This document shows positions 1 through 8,842 of a stretch of DNA of 64,000 nt, in pieces; within the stretch, counting starts at the first letter, position 1; every line of letters begins with the position of its first letter. A program made the position numbers and the translations under genes. The stretch spans positions 2,933-66,932 of the forward strand of contig CALUIS010000016.1 in assembly GCA_944320765.1 (NCBI GenBank), in the 5' to 3' direction. The notes below the pieces were generated by a model. It saw only the letters and a program-made list of their open reading frames with translations. It had not been told where the DNA came from and did not search any database. The DNA is from an uncultured Paraprevotella sp. (lineage in GTDB: Bacteria > Bacteroidota > Bacteroidia > Bacteroidales > Bacteroidaceae).

Positions 1-511
1 TCTCGGCCTTTCCATATAAAAGTTCAGGCTCTGCGGCCATAAGATTATTGTCACTTTCCGGTATTTCGTATGTTTTGACTTTGCGGTCTTCAAGATAAAT
101 GTGATTCAAGGTGTAAGCCAATGATTCCAATGTCTGCATCCGGATTTTAGGTTTCAGCTGACATTCCCATATAGTGATGCAATGCCAACCCATAGCTGCG
201 AGTTGGCATTGTTCCTTTTTATCACGTTCCTTATTCCGTTCAATTTTCTTTTGCCAAAAGTCGATGTTAGTCTTAGGCAGGCGGAAGTATTTGCAATTCT
301 CATGACCATGCCAAAAACAGCCGTTCACAAAAATGACCGTGCGGTATTTACGCAGCACCAAATCAGGATGACCGGGCAGACGTGGATGGTTGAGCCGATA
401 GCGGAAACCTCGGCTGAAAAGGAATTTCCGCACTAATATTTCCGGCTTTGTATCCTTTCCACGTATAGCAGCCATGTTACGATGGCGTTGTTCGTTGGTC
501 AGTCTGTCCAT
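1..511 (-). CDS. vsr: Very-short-patch repair endonuclease Vsr (runs off the left edge; absent from the ORF track)
   Basis: Manual translation from ATG at 511: MDRLTNEQRHRNMAAIRGKDTKPEILVRKFLFSRGFRYRLNHPRLPGHPDLVLRKYRTVIFVNGCFWHGHENC...GWHCITIWEC. Contains the Vsr motifs T-KPE, PD and GCFWHGH. Open to position 2 with no stop. Confidence 0.92.
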   Translation of the reverse strand, partial: MDRLTNEQRHRNMAAIRGKDTKPEILVRKFLFSRGFRYRLNHPRLPGHPDLVLRKYRTVIFVNGCFWHGHENCKYFRLPKTNIDFWQKKIERNKERDKKEQCQLAAMGWHCITIWECQLKPKIRMQTLESLAYTLNHIYLEDRKVKTYEIPESDNNLMAAEPELLYGKAE

Positions 512-607
512 AATCGGTAGCTTTTATTTTTCTATCTGAATTAGTGGTTACTTGGCCAATTCAAGAGAATCTATTCATCAAATATATCTTTTTTGAAGGT
601 TAATTAT

Positions 608-1399
608 CTATTTTCGAATTTTGCCATTAAAAAAGCTATCTATTATTGTTGCGTGACTAAATTGGGTAAGCAAATGTTCTACAATTATTCTTTCACCTTT
701 TGTAGTTAAAGGACCCATCATGACCTCAATATAATCCAGTTTATTTGCATTTAAAGGTACATCTATATAGCTGATGTTGATCGGTGTATTTATTGCTATG
801 GAAGGCCCTAATGTTTCCATAAGCTTGAATATAAGGTCAAAATCTGTTTTTATTTTTGTATCATTAATAAGAAAAGGGTTGATTGGCATTACATTGATTT
901 TAAAACGACACTCTTTCTGAAAAGACCATTCTTCTCTTTTGAAAAGTCCTATCTTGTCTGTTTTGAATCCAGCTCCTGTTTCACCAACTTTTTCTATTAG
1001 GTTATTCATTTCTGATTCAAGGTTCTGAACATAACTAATGTCATATAGTTTTGCTTCATTTATAAAAGCAGACACCATTGCGTTGCCTAAAAAATCTATC
1101 GGTTTACTAAAATAGGATTTGAATTTGTCATTAATCTTATGGGTAATAAACATGTCTTCATCTAATCCAATCCTCACGCCTTTGTTATTCGTATACATTT
1201 TCCACAGCGAAAGATTTTCTTTAGAATCTTTCGTCCAGCATGAGACGAATGTATATTGTCCTAATTTTATGTTTGTTGGGCCTGATCCATACAAAGACTC
1301 TTCACAATCATCTACAAAATCTAATCTATTAAAGCGGATTGTTTTATTTTGTACGATAAGAGCTAATGTTTCTATTGATGTGTAATGATAGATTTTCAT
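608..1399 (-). CDS. DUF2971-like protein, very low GC
   Basis: N-terminal YHYTS..L..I.....IRF, central SCWT...ENLSLWKMY...GVRIG, later EWSFQKECRF. This pattern is typical of DUF2971 (recognised by eye). Confidence 0.65.
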   Translation of the reverse strand: MKIYHYTSIETLALIVQNKTIRFNRLDFVDDCEESLYGSGPTNIKLGQYTFVSCWTKDSKENLSLWKMYTNNKGVRIGLDEDMFITHKINDKFKSYFSKPIDFLGNAMVSAFINEAKLYDISYVQNLESEMNNLIEKVGETGAGFKTDKIGLFKREEWSFQKECRFKINVMPINPFLINDTKIKTDFDLIFKLMETLGPSIAINTPINISYIDVPLNANKLDYIEVMMGPLTTKGERIIVEHLLTQFSHATIIDSFFNGKIRK

Positions 1400-1404
1400 G
1401 CTTA

Positions 1405-3606
1405 TTATATTATTATTCTTTCTAACGTTTCAAATGTTGTATCAATAAAAGTATGGCAAATCATTTTATGTGTATCAATCTTCTGATAATCCGCAAAAAG
1501 TTGCCTGCTGAACCGCAACTCAAAAGCCAATCGTAAATCATCTATAGCCACTTCATCACCTTCTGTCTGTTTAGCTTCCTTTGCGGTTATAGTGCGTACT
1601 CTGACAATCTCATAGACATCCCGAATCCCTTGCCCTTTAATGTAAGGTATGAAGAAGTGTAAGTTTTGTAATGCTATGGTTGTCGGGAATTGTTTGCCCG
1701 TATAATACAAGGTTGCTGTTCCGTCAAGGAAACTTTGTGTATAACCCCGGCGAACACTGTTGCCGACCAGTCCGATAAGTACACGGTTTCCTACATCTAC
1801 AAAAGTACCCTTTTGCGGAATGACACGTGATATGGTTTCCTGTGATTTTGTATTTATCAGACCTTCAATGAAATGTTCCAATAACTTTCGGTTGCATTCA
1901 TCTTTAGGGCGTAAAGGGAAGGCTCCGATATTTACTTCCGCAATGCTTTTGTAAAAATTGGAGACTTCCACCTCTGTTGGCTCTCCATCACCGGGAAAAA
2001 GAATATAGCCGCCAATCACTTCCTTTTTGAGCGCATCAGACGAATAGTCCTTGTAATATATGGCATCTCTGTAGCGGTGCATCTGGTTGATTGCATCGTC
2101 TGGCGGCACGTCTACACCCCTTACCTTTCCACCTATGCGGTATTTCGCATCGAAAAGGTATGTCAGCTTCATTCCTTCTTGCAAGTCGTTCTTGGTCAAC
2201 CGTAAAACAATGTCTGGCTTCTGCGGAACAGTTTTGGTAACTAATTCCTTTATGCCTGTTGAGTTGTTGTCGTTCTCCGTGCTTTTCGGGTTATACACCA
2301 GCTCTGCCAGTTCTACGTTGTCTTTCTTGAACAGAATACGCGAGTGCTCACCCTTGCCCAACTCCCATGTAAACAGGCCGTTCATTTCCATGCGGTTGTG
2401 ATGGTCTATGTCTTCATCGTTCAGATGCAGTTGCTCCTTTACGATGTGGCTCACTTCTATGAAGCACCATATCTCATACAGAGTAGCAATGTCCTTTGTC
2501 TGAAGTCTGTAAATGCCGTCGTTGAGTGAATAGGCACGCCGTAGCATATTCCATGTGCGGTAAACTTGGCTGTAGCCCGAAGCTTTCTGCAAGACCAGAC
2601 TTTCTTGGTTCAGCCCCTTAAAGCGTCCTATGGTTCGGAAAAACGGATTGCTTTGCAACCGTTTCAACGTGGTTGACACGGCCTGCATTTCTGATTTCAT
2701 GGCCTCCGACACTCCCTTCACGCTTTCAATCTGTTTCTTCAGTGCTTCATATTTATTGGTTATTTGCGCGAGGGAGAATTTCAGGAAACGGTTTTCCGGT
2801 GTGTCGTTCGTGTGTATTTGTTCTTCCACACGATACAGATGCGCTGGTTCCAGTCGGTGTTCTGCCAGTTCGTTTTCGATGGATACAGGGAGATGTCTCA
2901 GTTTATCCGCTTTTAGACAGGTCTGATGTCCATGCAACCTGCGCCGTGGGCGCTCAATGATGTTCTTGCAGGCCTTGATGAATTTTTGTTGCTCTCCGGC
3001 GAATATGCTCCACCATACTATTTCTGGTGTCTCACCGTTCTTGTCAGGAGTAAATCCGTGGAATGTTCTTCGCATATAGTCGAGTGACAGCATACGGTAT
3101 TCCCGTTCAATATCCTCAATGATGGCTTTCCAATGCTTGTGGTAATCGAGCTTGCTGCTGAGCACTTCAAACGAAAAGCTGAAACGGCGTGTTTCATTGC
3201 CGACTTTATATATCAACCGGATTTCACTGCGACCTATTTCATTGCCGTAGTTCAGGTAGCCTGCAAGGATGTGCCGATGAAAGGTAAACCGCTCATTGTC
3301 GCCTTGCAGGATGGAGCCAAACTGCGCGTCTTTCACATAGTCCTTGAAGTCCACCCACACTGGGTAGTCCGTATTGTCGAAGAATACGGCTTTCGCCCGA
3401 ACGCCTTGCTCTATTGGCATTTCTTTGTCAGAGCCTTTTAAAAAAACGACAGACTCCACTCCATCAGACCATGAATAAGAGGACAAAAGTGCTTTTTCGC
3501 CCACATTATTCTTTGCCTTTTCCCAAGTGACATCGAATTTTGTACATTCAATGCTCAACTCGAAATCCCTATGCCGTATAGTCAGAAGTTCCATTGTCAG
3601 CTCCAA
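1405..3606 (-). CDS. DUF2357 / PD-(D/E)XK restriction endonuclease (McrC-equivalent subunit) with C-terminal extension
   Basis: DTPENRFLK, LQKASGYSQVY and IATLYEIWCF, plus nuclease motifs KPDIVLRL...LFDAKYR...QMHRYRDAI. Overlaps the McrB-like gene stop by 10 bp. Confidence 0.85.
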   Translation of the reverse strand: MELTMELLTIRHRDFELSIECTKFDVTWEKAKNNVGEKALLSSYSWSDGVESVVFLKGSDKEMPIEQGVRAKAVFFDNTDYPVWVDFKDYVKDAQFGSILQGDNERFTFHRHILAGYLNYGNEIGRSEIRLIYKVGNETRRFSFSFEVLSSKLDYHKHWKAIIEDIEREYRMLSLDYMRRTFHGFTPDKNGETPEIVWWSIFAGEQQKFIKACKNIIERPRRRLHGHQTCLKADKLRHLPVSIENELAEHRLEPAHLYRVEEQIHTNDTPENRFLKFSLAQITNKYEALKKQIESVKGVSEAMKSEMQAVSTTLKRLQSNPFFRTIGRFKGLNQESLVLQKASGYSQVYRTWNMLRRAYSLNDGIYRLQTKDIATLYEIWCFIEVSHIVKEQLHLNDEDIDHHNRMEMNGLFTWELGKGEHSRILFKKDNVELAELVYNPKSTENDNNSTGIKELVTKTVPQKPDIVLRLTKNDLQEGMKLTYLFDAKYRIGGKVRGVDVPPDDAINQMHRYRDAIYYKDYSSDALKKEVIGGYILFPGDGEPTEVEVSNFYKSIAEVNIGAFPLRPKDECNRKLLEHFIEGLINTKSQETISRVIPQKGTFVDVGNRVLIGLVGNSVRRGYTQSFLDGTATLYYTGKQFPTTIALQNLHFFIPYIKGQGIRDVYEIVRVRTITAKEAKQTEGDEVAIDDLRLAFELRFSRQLFADYQKIDTHKMICHTFIDTTFETLERIII

Positions 3607-5327
3607 AAACTTGTATAGCCGGATGACAGCCGCTGTTTCATCTCATCCAATTTCTTTAAGGATACCGATTTTTCAATGGGGAATCCGTCTGATATGTTTG
3701 CCAGTTCTTCGGTTATGACTCGTTTTAGGTTGTCAAGTAAGCTATCTGTCACTTTGGTGTCATCACCTTCAATGCGCGACAGGATTTTCATGTTCGTCAC
3801 CTCGTCCAACGCCCTTGCTACCACATATCCGTCCGGCAGTTCATTGCCTTCTTCATCTTTGTTATAAGGCAAATTGTTCACTACATAAAGCAGGAACTCG
3901 TTGCGTGTGCGGTAAGCCACCTTGAATGGAGTACCCTCCAGCACAGCATTGACTACTTTCAGGTAAATTAACGCCTTGTCACAAACTTCCCGATTGTCGG
4001 AATAAACATCCACTCCTTCCACAGCCGTCCCTATAAGTTCTTCATAGCCCAGCTTCCCGATATGTTCGTAACGCTCGGTCAATCCTGCATCCAAATCCAC
4101 TTCGTTCATTTCTATGGTCATGGCTCGGTCAAGCACTTTTCGTGAGAATGAGAAGGTGGTTTCATCCATGTTCACGGTGCCGATAACTATCAGATTAGCA
4201 GGTAAAGACAGACGTTTCCCGTTTTCTTCCGTCAAGTATGCTTTTCGTTCTTCATCATCCGTGAACAGTTGGTCTATAAGACTTTTGTAGGCGTCAGTCT
4301 GTTCAAAATCTACAATCGGATCGGTTACGACTACTCCATCCGCATTTACTTTACGCGATTCCACCACGCTCAGGTATTCAGCAAAATATTGCTCTACAGG
4401 AGCAAGGTTCATTTCGTCCAAACATAGGAAATGAGGAATTTCAGGGTTTTGTTTAGCCTTGACTAAAAATCTCAGGAATGGCCCGACAACATATCTTTCG
4501 CCGTTTATCCGGCTCACATAACCTATCAGCTCGCTGGAGTCATGCCAATTCGGTTTTACTTGAATCATCTCGAAATTCATAGGCTTTTGGGCCTTGAATT
4601 CTACAGAGTCCTCATCCCAGCAGGCACGTGCCATTTCACGTACAATACGGCTTTTCCCTGTTCCTGATATGCCAGCCAATAATAGAAAAGGTTTTGATTT
4701 AATGGCGGTAATGTAGGGGCGGAATGACATTGATATAAATCCCTTAGGCATTTTTATCCTTTTAGTGGCGTTGTCGAAATTTTTATAAAACGCTTCCTTG
4801 TCTTGTCTATTTGGCATCGTTCTCATATAATCTTTATAATTAGCTGTTAAATATGCTTTCCCGTCTTTAACGGATATGACTTTAGAATAATTATTGAGCG
4901 CATTTGTAATAATGTCCATATTACCCATTTGGTCATGGAAAATCTCTGTTAAAGTCCCCTTTAAATCAGTGGGACTTCCCTTTTGTTCTAAACATTTTAC
5001 CAGTTCTTCTATAAGATATACAGGCGTTTGTAAACCTTTTAGGCTTTTTGTATAAGGATTAGGTGCATAATAACATTGAATCCAATATTCCAAATAAGCC
5101 TGCGCTTCTTCTTCTGTTATGTCATGAGAAAAGCGCGGTATGTATTTTCCGTTACCTTCATAATATAATCCTAATTGACAAGCAAGTTGATATGGCGTAT
5201 GAAAAAAATCGTCTCCCATTTTCAACCTAAATTCTTCGGAAGTCATCTGCGCATGTGGCAAATCTTTTACCAATTCGCATACTGTTTTAGGAGTTGCATT
5301 TCTCCATCTACAAATTACATCAGCCAT
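3597..5327 (-). CDS. McrB-family AAA+ GTPase with an unrecognised ~190-aa N-terminal domain
   Basis: Walker A LLAGISGTGKS, VKPNWHDSSELIGY, Walker B LCLDEMNLA, McrB signature GTVNMDETT and KVLDRA. Confidence 0.9.
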   Translation of the reverse strand: MADVICRWRNATPKTVCELVKDLPHAQMTSEEFRLKMGDDFFHTPYQLACQLGLYYEGNGKYIPRFSHDITEEEAQAYLEYWIQCYYAPNPYTKSLKGLQTPVYLIEELVKCLEQKGSPTDLKGTLTEIFHDQMGNMDIITNALNNYSKVISVKDGKAYLTANYKDYMRTMPNRQDKEAFYKNFDNATKRIKMPKGFISMSFRPYITAIKSKPFLLLAGISGTGKSRIVREMARACWDEDSVEFKAQKPMNFEMIQVKPNWHDSSELIGYVSRINGERYVVGPFLRFLVKAKQNPEIPHFLCLDEMNLAPVEQYFAEYLSVVESRKVNADGVVVTDPIVDFEQTDAYKSLIDQLFTDDEERKAYLTEENGKRLSLPANLIVIGTVNMDETTFSFSRKVLDRAMTIEMNEVDLDAGLTERYEHIGKLGYEELIGTAVEGVDVYSDNREVCDKALIYLKVVNAVLEGTPFKVAYRTRNEFLLYVVNNLPYNKDEEGNELPDGYVVARALDEVTNMKILSRIEGDDTKVTDSLLDNLKRVITEELANISDGFPIEKSVSLKKLDEMKQRLSSGYTSFWS

Positions 5328-6501
5328 TATATCCGTATTTTGTTATATCCATTTTTTTGAGTAGAGCCATTAAAACATCTACAATAATACTGTTTCCTGC
5401 TTGTTTATATGTTTCCGTATCAGAACAAACTATTTTGAAAGAGTCATCAAAACCCATAAGTCGAAGACATTCACGTGGAGTAAGTTTTCTAAACCTTCCA
5501 AATCGTTTGTCTATATCTTTCGAATCGGCAACAATCATTTGTTCTGTTTTGCAATCCAATGGACGAATGGCATAAAGTTCAGGATGAAAATCTGTATAAT
5601 ATGTTTCTTCATAATCTGCCAATCTAAAAAGATATTCATCTGTCTTTATTGTACTTACATCGCATATAAGTTTAGGATGAAATATGAAGTCGCCATGCCA
5701 ATTGAACTGTTGATTTCGTTTTTGGCAAAGAAGTACATCCCCATTTATTTGTGTGTAACTTTTTTGATGATTAATAGTTCTTGTTATAAAGTTTACCCCT
5801 TTTTGTTTTAGTAAATACTTCCTATCAAATTGAGACTGAAGAAAGTCATAAACAGTTCTTGTTAATGGTATTGGTGCGGGATACTTGAACTCGGTCTCTT
5901 TCTTAAATCCTATGCAATATAGACGCTCACGGCTTTGTGGTATACCATAATCTTTCCCATTTAACACTTGGAAATATACATCATAACCACAGTCATTTTC
6001 AAACGTGCTTTTAATTATTTCCCAAGTTTTCCCCTTGTCATGACTAAGCATACCTTTGACATTCTCAAAGATAAAGACTTTTGGTTGGCATTCTATAACA
6101 AGACGTGCAAACTCTCTGAATAAAGTTCCTCTTGTGTCTTCAAACCCGCCATGTTTACCTCGGAGAGAAAAAGCCTGACAAGGGGCTCCTCCAACAAAAA
6201 GATCCACACTCCCTTTAAACGGACGAGCATCCATATTGTGAATGTCAGAATGCCACTGCTTTTCCGATATGTTGTAATTTGCAAAATATGCTTTTTTACA
6301 GTTTTTATCTATATCACCAGCAAATTGAATTTGACTTTTAAGACCTAGTCTATATAAAGAATGTTCAATAGCTCCTATTCCGCTAAAAGAAGTTGCAAGT
6401 CTAATTGTCCTCTCAGGATGAGAGAATTTTGAGAATTGCCAATCGGTAGTGAAATCTATATTTGCAGATGAGTTTTGTATTTCAGAATACTTATTTTTCA
6501 T
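5320..6501 (-). CDS. DNA (cytosine-5) methyltransferase, copy 2
   Basis: Motif I FSGIGA, motif IV GGAPCQAFS, motif VI ENVKG, motif VIII QSRERLY, motifs IX/X RKLTPRECLRLMGF and QAGNSIIVDV. Confidence 0.93.
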   Translation of the reverse strand: MKNKYSEIQNSSANIDFTTDWQFSKFSHPERTIRLATSFSGIGAIEHSLYRLGLKSQIQFAGDIDKNCKKAYFANYNISEKQWHSDIHNMDARPFKGSVDLFVGGAPCQAFSLRGKHGGFEDTRGTLFREFARLVIECQPKVFIFENVKGMLSHDKGKTWEIIKSTFENDCGYDVYFQVLNGKDYGIPQSRERLYCIGFKKETEFKYPAPIPLTRTVYDFLQSQFDRKYLLKQKGVNFITRTINHQKSYTQINGDVLLCQKRNQQFNWHGDFIFHPKLICDVSTIKTDEYLFRLADYEETYYTDFHPELYAIRPLDCKTEQMIVADSKDIDKRFGRFRKLTPRECLRLMGFDDSFKIVCSDTETYKQAGNSIIVDVLMALLKKMDITKYGYNG

Positions 6502-7657
6502 TTCTATTTATTCCGTATTTTGTAATATCCAACTGTTTTAATATGGCTATCAAGACATCAACAACAATACTATTTCCGGCCTCCATATATGCAGATGTAT
6601 TGCTTACAACCAATTTGAAATCATCCTTAAATCCCATTAGTCTTAGGCATTCTCTTGGTGTAAGTTTCCTTAGCCCACCAATTCCTTTAGATTTATTGAA
6701 TGTGACATAATTATCAACTCCGGCTCGATGCATCTTATGCATAGATTGCAAAAGAGGGCGAGCTATGTCAAGATCTGTTTTAATTGGAGTTTTGAAAGTC
6801 TTAGTACCAGTACATAAAACGTATTTTGCTACTTTCTCTGACAAATAAAACTTGTCTTCAACTTCCTTTATCGGGAAAATAAAATCATTAAAATTTTCAG
6901 TAACTAGTCCTTTTATGAGGGCTTGCCTATGCTCTTCATTGGGAGACAAAATTTTTGATTTCCGTTCATATTCATAATATGAACTATTTGTACAATCTTC
7001 AAGAAAATCGTACATTTTATATTTGAGAGGTATTGGGGCAGGATATTTGAATTTTGTTTTTTTCCTAAATCCTATACAAAATAAGCGTTCTCGCGTTTGT
7101 GGTATTCCGTAGTCTCTCGCATTTAGAAGCTGGTAATGAACATCATAGCCACAATAATCTTTAAAAGTATTATATATAACTTCCCATGTGCGCCCTTGAT
7201 CGTGTTTAAATAATCCTTGAACATTCTCAAAGATAAATATTTTGGGTTGGCATTCTTTGACTACCCTTGCAAACTCTCTGAATAAAGTTCCTCTTGTGTC
7301 ATTAAATCCTCTTTGTTCCCCGACAATAGAAAAAGCCTGGCAAGGTGCTCCTCCAACGAATAAATCGACTTTACCACGGTATGGCTTTGCATTAAAATTA
7401 TGTATATCAGTATGCCATTGCTCTTCTGATATATTATAATTTGCAAAATATGTCTTTTTACAATTAGGATCTATGTCGCCTGCAAAAATTATTTGAGAAT
7501 GTAACCTCAAACGCTTAAAAGCATATTCAATTGCGCCTATGCCGCTAAATGATGTTGCTAGCCGTATAATCCTATTAGGATAAGAAAAACTCCTTTCCGC
7601 CCATGGTGTACCTTGAAAATCTATGTTTTCTTGTGAATTTTGCATACTCTTTTGCAT
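6491..7657 (-). CDS. DNA (cytosine-5) methyltransferase, copy 1
   Basis: FSGIGA, GGAPCQAFS, ENVQG, QTRERLF, RKLTPRECLRLMGF and EAGNSIVVDV. Paralog of the adjacent gene with a different central (target-recognition) region. Confidence 0.93.
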   Translation of the reverse strand: MQKSMQNSQENIDFQGTPWAERSFSYPNRIIRLATSFSGIGAIEYAFKRLRLHSQIIFAGDIDPNCKKTYFANYNISEEQWHTDIHNFNAKPYRGKVDLFVGGAPCQAFSIVGEQRGFNDTRGTLFREFARVVKECQPKIFIFENVQGLFKHDQGRTWEVIYNTFKDYCGYDVHYQLLNARDYGIPQTRERLFCIGFRKKTKFKYPAPIPLKYKMYDFLEDCTNSSYYEYERKSKILSPNEEHRQALIKGLVTENFNDFIFPIKEVEDKFYLSEKVAKYVLCTGTKTFKTPIKTDLDIARPLLQSMHKMHRAGVDNYVTFNKSKGIGGLRKLTPRECLRLMGFKDDFKLVVSNTSAYMEAGNSIVVDVLIAILKQLDITKYGINRNEK

Positions 7658-7791
7658 CGTAATATAATTTTCCAGTCAATTTATTTTTAATTGTTTCCTA
7701 CTAAATGGGAATAGTTTTATTTAAAAACATTTGTTAAAAAACTTAGACTGGAGAATCTGTTATTTTATCTAATAAATAAGGGATTTCATTT

Positions 7792-8007
7792 TTATGCTTT
7801 TTTCTTAAAATCATCAAATCTTACCAAGTCCGTTAATTCGACCTCTAAGAGTTTCGCTATTTTCATTAAACTTTCCAAATCTGGTTGACTTGTATTTGTA
7901 CACCACTTAGAAACGGTAGACGGGGTGACATCCAGTTGCTCTGAAAGCCACTTGTTTGTTCGTTTCTTTTCAGCCAAGATTACCTTAATTCTATTTAAGT
8001 CGTCCAT
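7792..8007 (-). CDS. XRE-family helix-turn-helix regulator (C-protein-like position at the head of the RM operon)
   Basis: 71 aa: NRIKVILAEKKRTNKWLSEQLDVTPSTVSKWCTNTSQPDLESLMKIAKLL. Confidence 0.88.
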   Translation of the reverse strand: MDDLNRIKVILAEKKRTNKWLSEQLDVTPSTVSKWCTNTSQPDLESLMKIAKLLEVELTDLVRFDDFKKKA

Positions 8008-8026
8008 ATAAACTAATTTGTGAGTA

Positions 8027-8034
8027 CAAAATTA
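8027..8034 (-). promoter_or_regulatory. Putative Bacteroidetes -7 box for the HTH/RM operon
   Basis: TAATTTTG on the minus strand matches TAnnTTTG, 19 nt upstream of the HTH ATG. Confidence 0.55.
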
Positions 8035-8102
8035 GTGATTTTAATTCACTTAATCGCACGATGCAGATATTTATTGTGCTTATTTATTATGCTTCGGGTT
8101 TC

Positions 8103-8825
8103 CTATGACGATAATTTAGATGAGTTATTCTCTTTCTCTCTTCTCTCCTTAACCTTATCCAATCCGGGCATTTTCTTGGATACGGCACTCTCGCCAGCGG
8201 GGAAGTATGCCTTGAAAATCTGACATAAGAAACTCACAATGTCGCTGCGCTTCTTGCCCATGTTGGAGAAAACGGAGTAAACGTAATACATGAGTTCTTG
8301 CTGACTGCACATTTCGTTTGGCTGGATTATAATTGAGGGTGGAAGAATCAAATCGTGTTCTGCAAATGCGTAGGCACTGGCAAGAATAGCCTTTTGTTCC
8401 TCTTCGCTAAACATCTTGATTTTTCCGGCAAACCATTCAAGTTCTCCTTTTTGAAGTGCTTGTTGTTGTTCGCTCTGACGTTCCATCAGAATGGATACTT
8501 TCTCTTGCTCTTTTACGGTAAGGGCTTCTTCAAGTACGCGGTTCTTACGCTTCAGGACATTATACTTTTCCATACAAGCAATAAAAATACAGAGATAACC
8601 TACGGCTATGGCAAGCACTAATACCGCATGGAAGCGGAACTTGGAAGGGAAGTCCGGCAAAGCATCAACATAGTCGCAAACGATAAGGGCAACTACAAGC
8701 ATAAGCGCAGCTCCGACATACATCGCCCGAACTTTGACTTTTTGGCTCGCAGGAGAAACGCCCACAAGCATAGCTATAGCCAAAGCAGCAACCAATAAGA
8801 TGGATGTCAATATAAAAATTGTCAT
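8103..8825 (-). CDS. Hypothetical membrane protein (about 3 N-terminal hydrophobic segments, coiled linker, soluble C-terminal domain)
   Basis: Clean 240-aa ORF co-oriented directly after the AlbA_2 gene, with hydrophobic runs in residues 1-85. No family recognised. Confidence 0.6.
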   Translation of the reverse strand: MTIFILTSILLVAALAIAMLVGVSPASQKVKVRAMYVGAALMLVVALIVCDYVDALPDFPSKFRFHAVLVLAIAVGYLCIFIACMEKYNVLKRKNRVLEEALTVKEQEKVSILMERQSEQQQALQKGELEWFAGKIKMFSEEEQKAILASAYAFAEHDLILPPSIIIQPNEMCSQQELMYYVYSVFSNMGKKRSDIVSFLCQIFKAYFPAGESAVSKKMPGLDKVKERREKENNSSKLSS

Positions 8826-8842
8826 GTGTCACGTCCTCCCTA

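Noticed and set aside
1405-5327. CoCoNuT-type McrBC system
   Set aside because: No long coiled-coil protein, helicase or HEPN partner is seen; the linkage to two C5 MTases fits LlaJI/BsuMI-like systems better.
7668-7755. TCCAGTC/GACTGGA inverted repeat upstream of the first MTase as an invertible promoter or C-box
   Set aside because: Only a 7-bp core, 68 bp apart, with no recombinase nearby; too weak to call.
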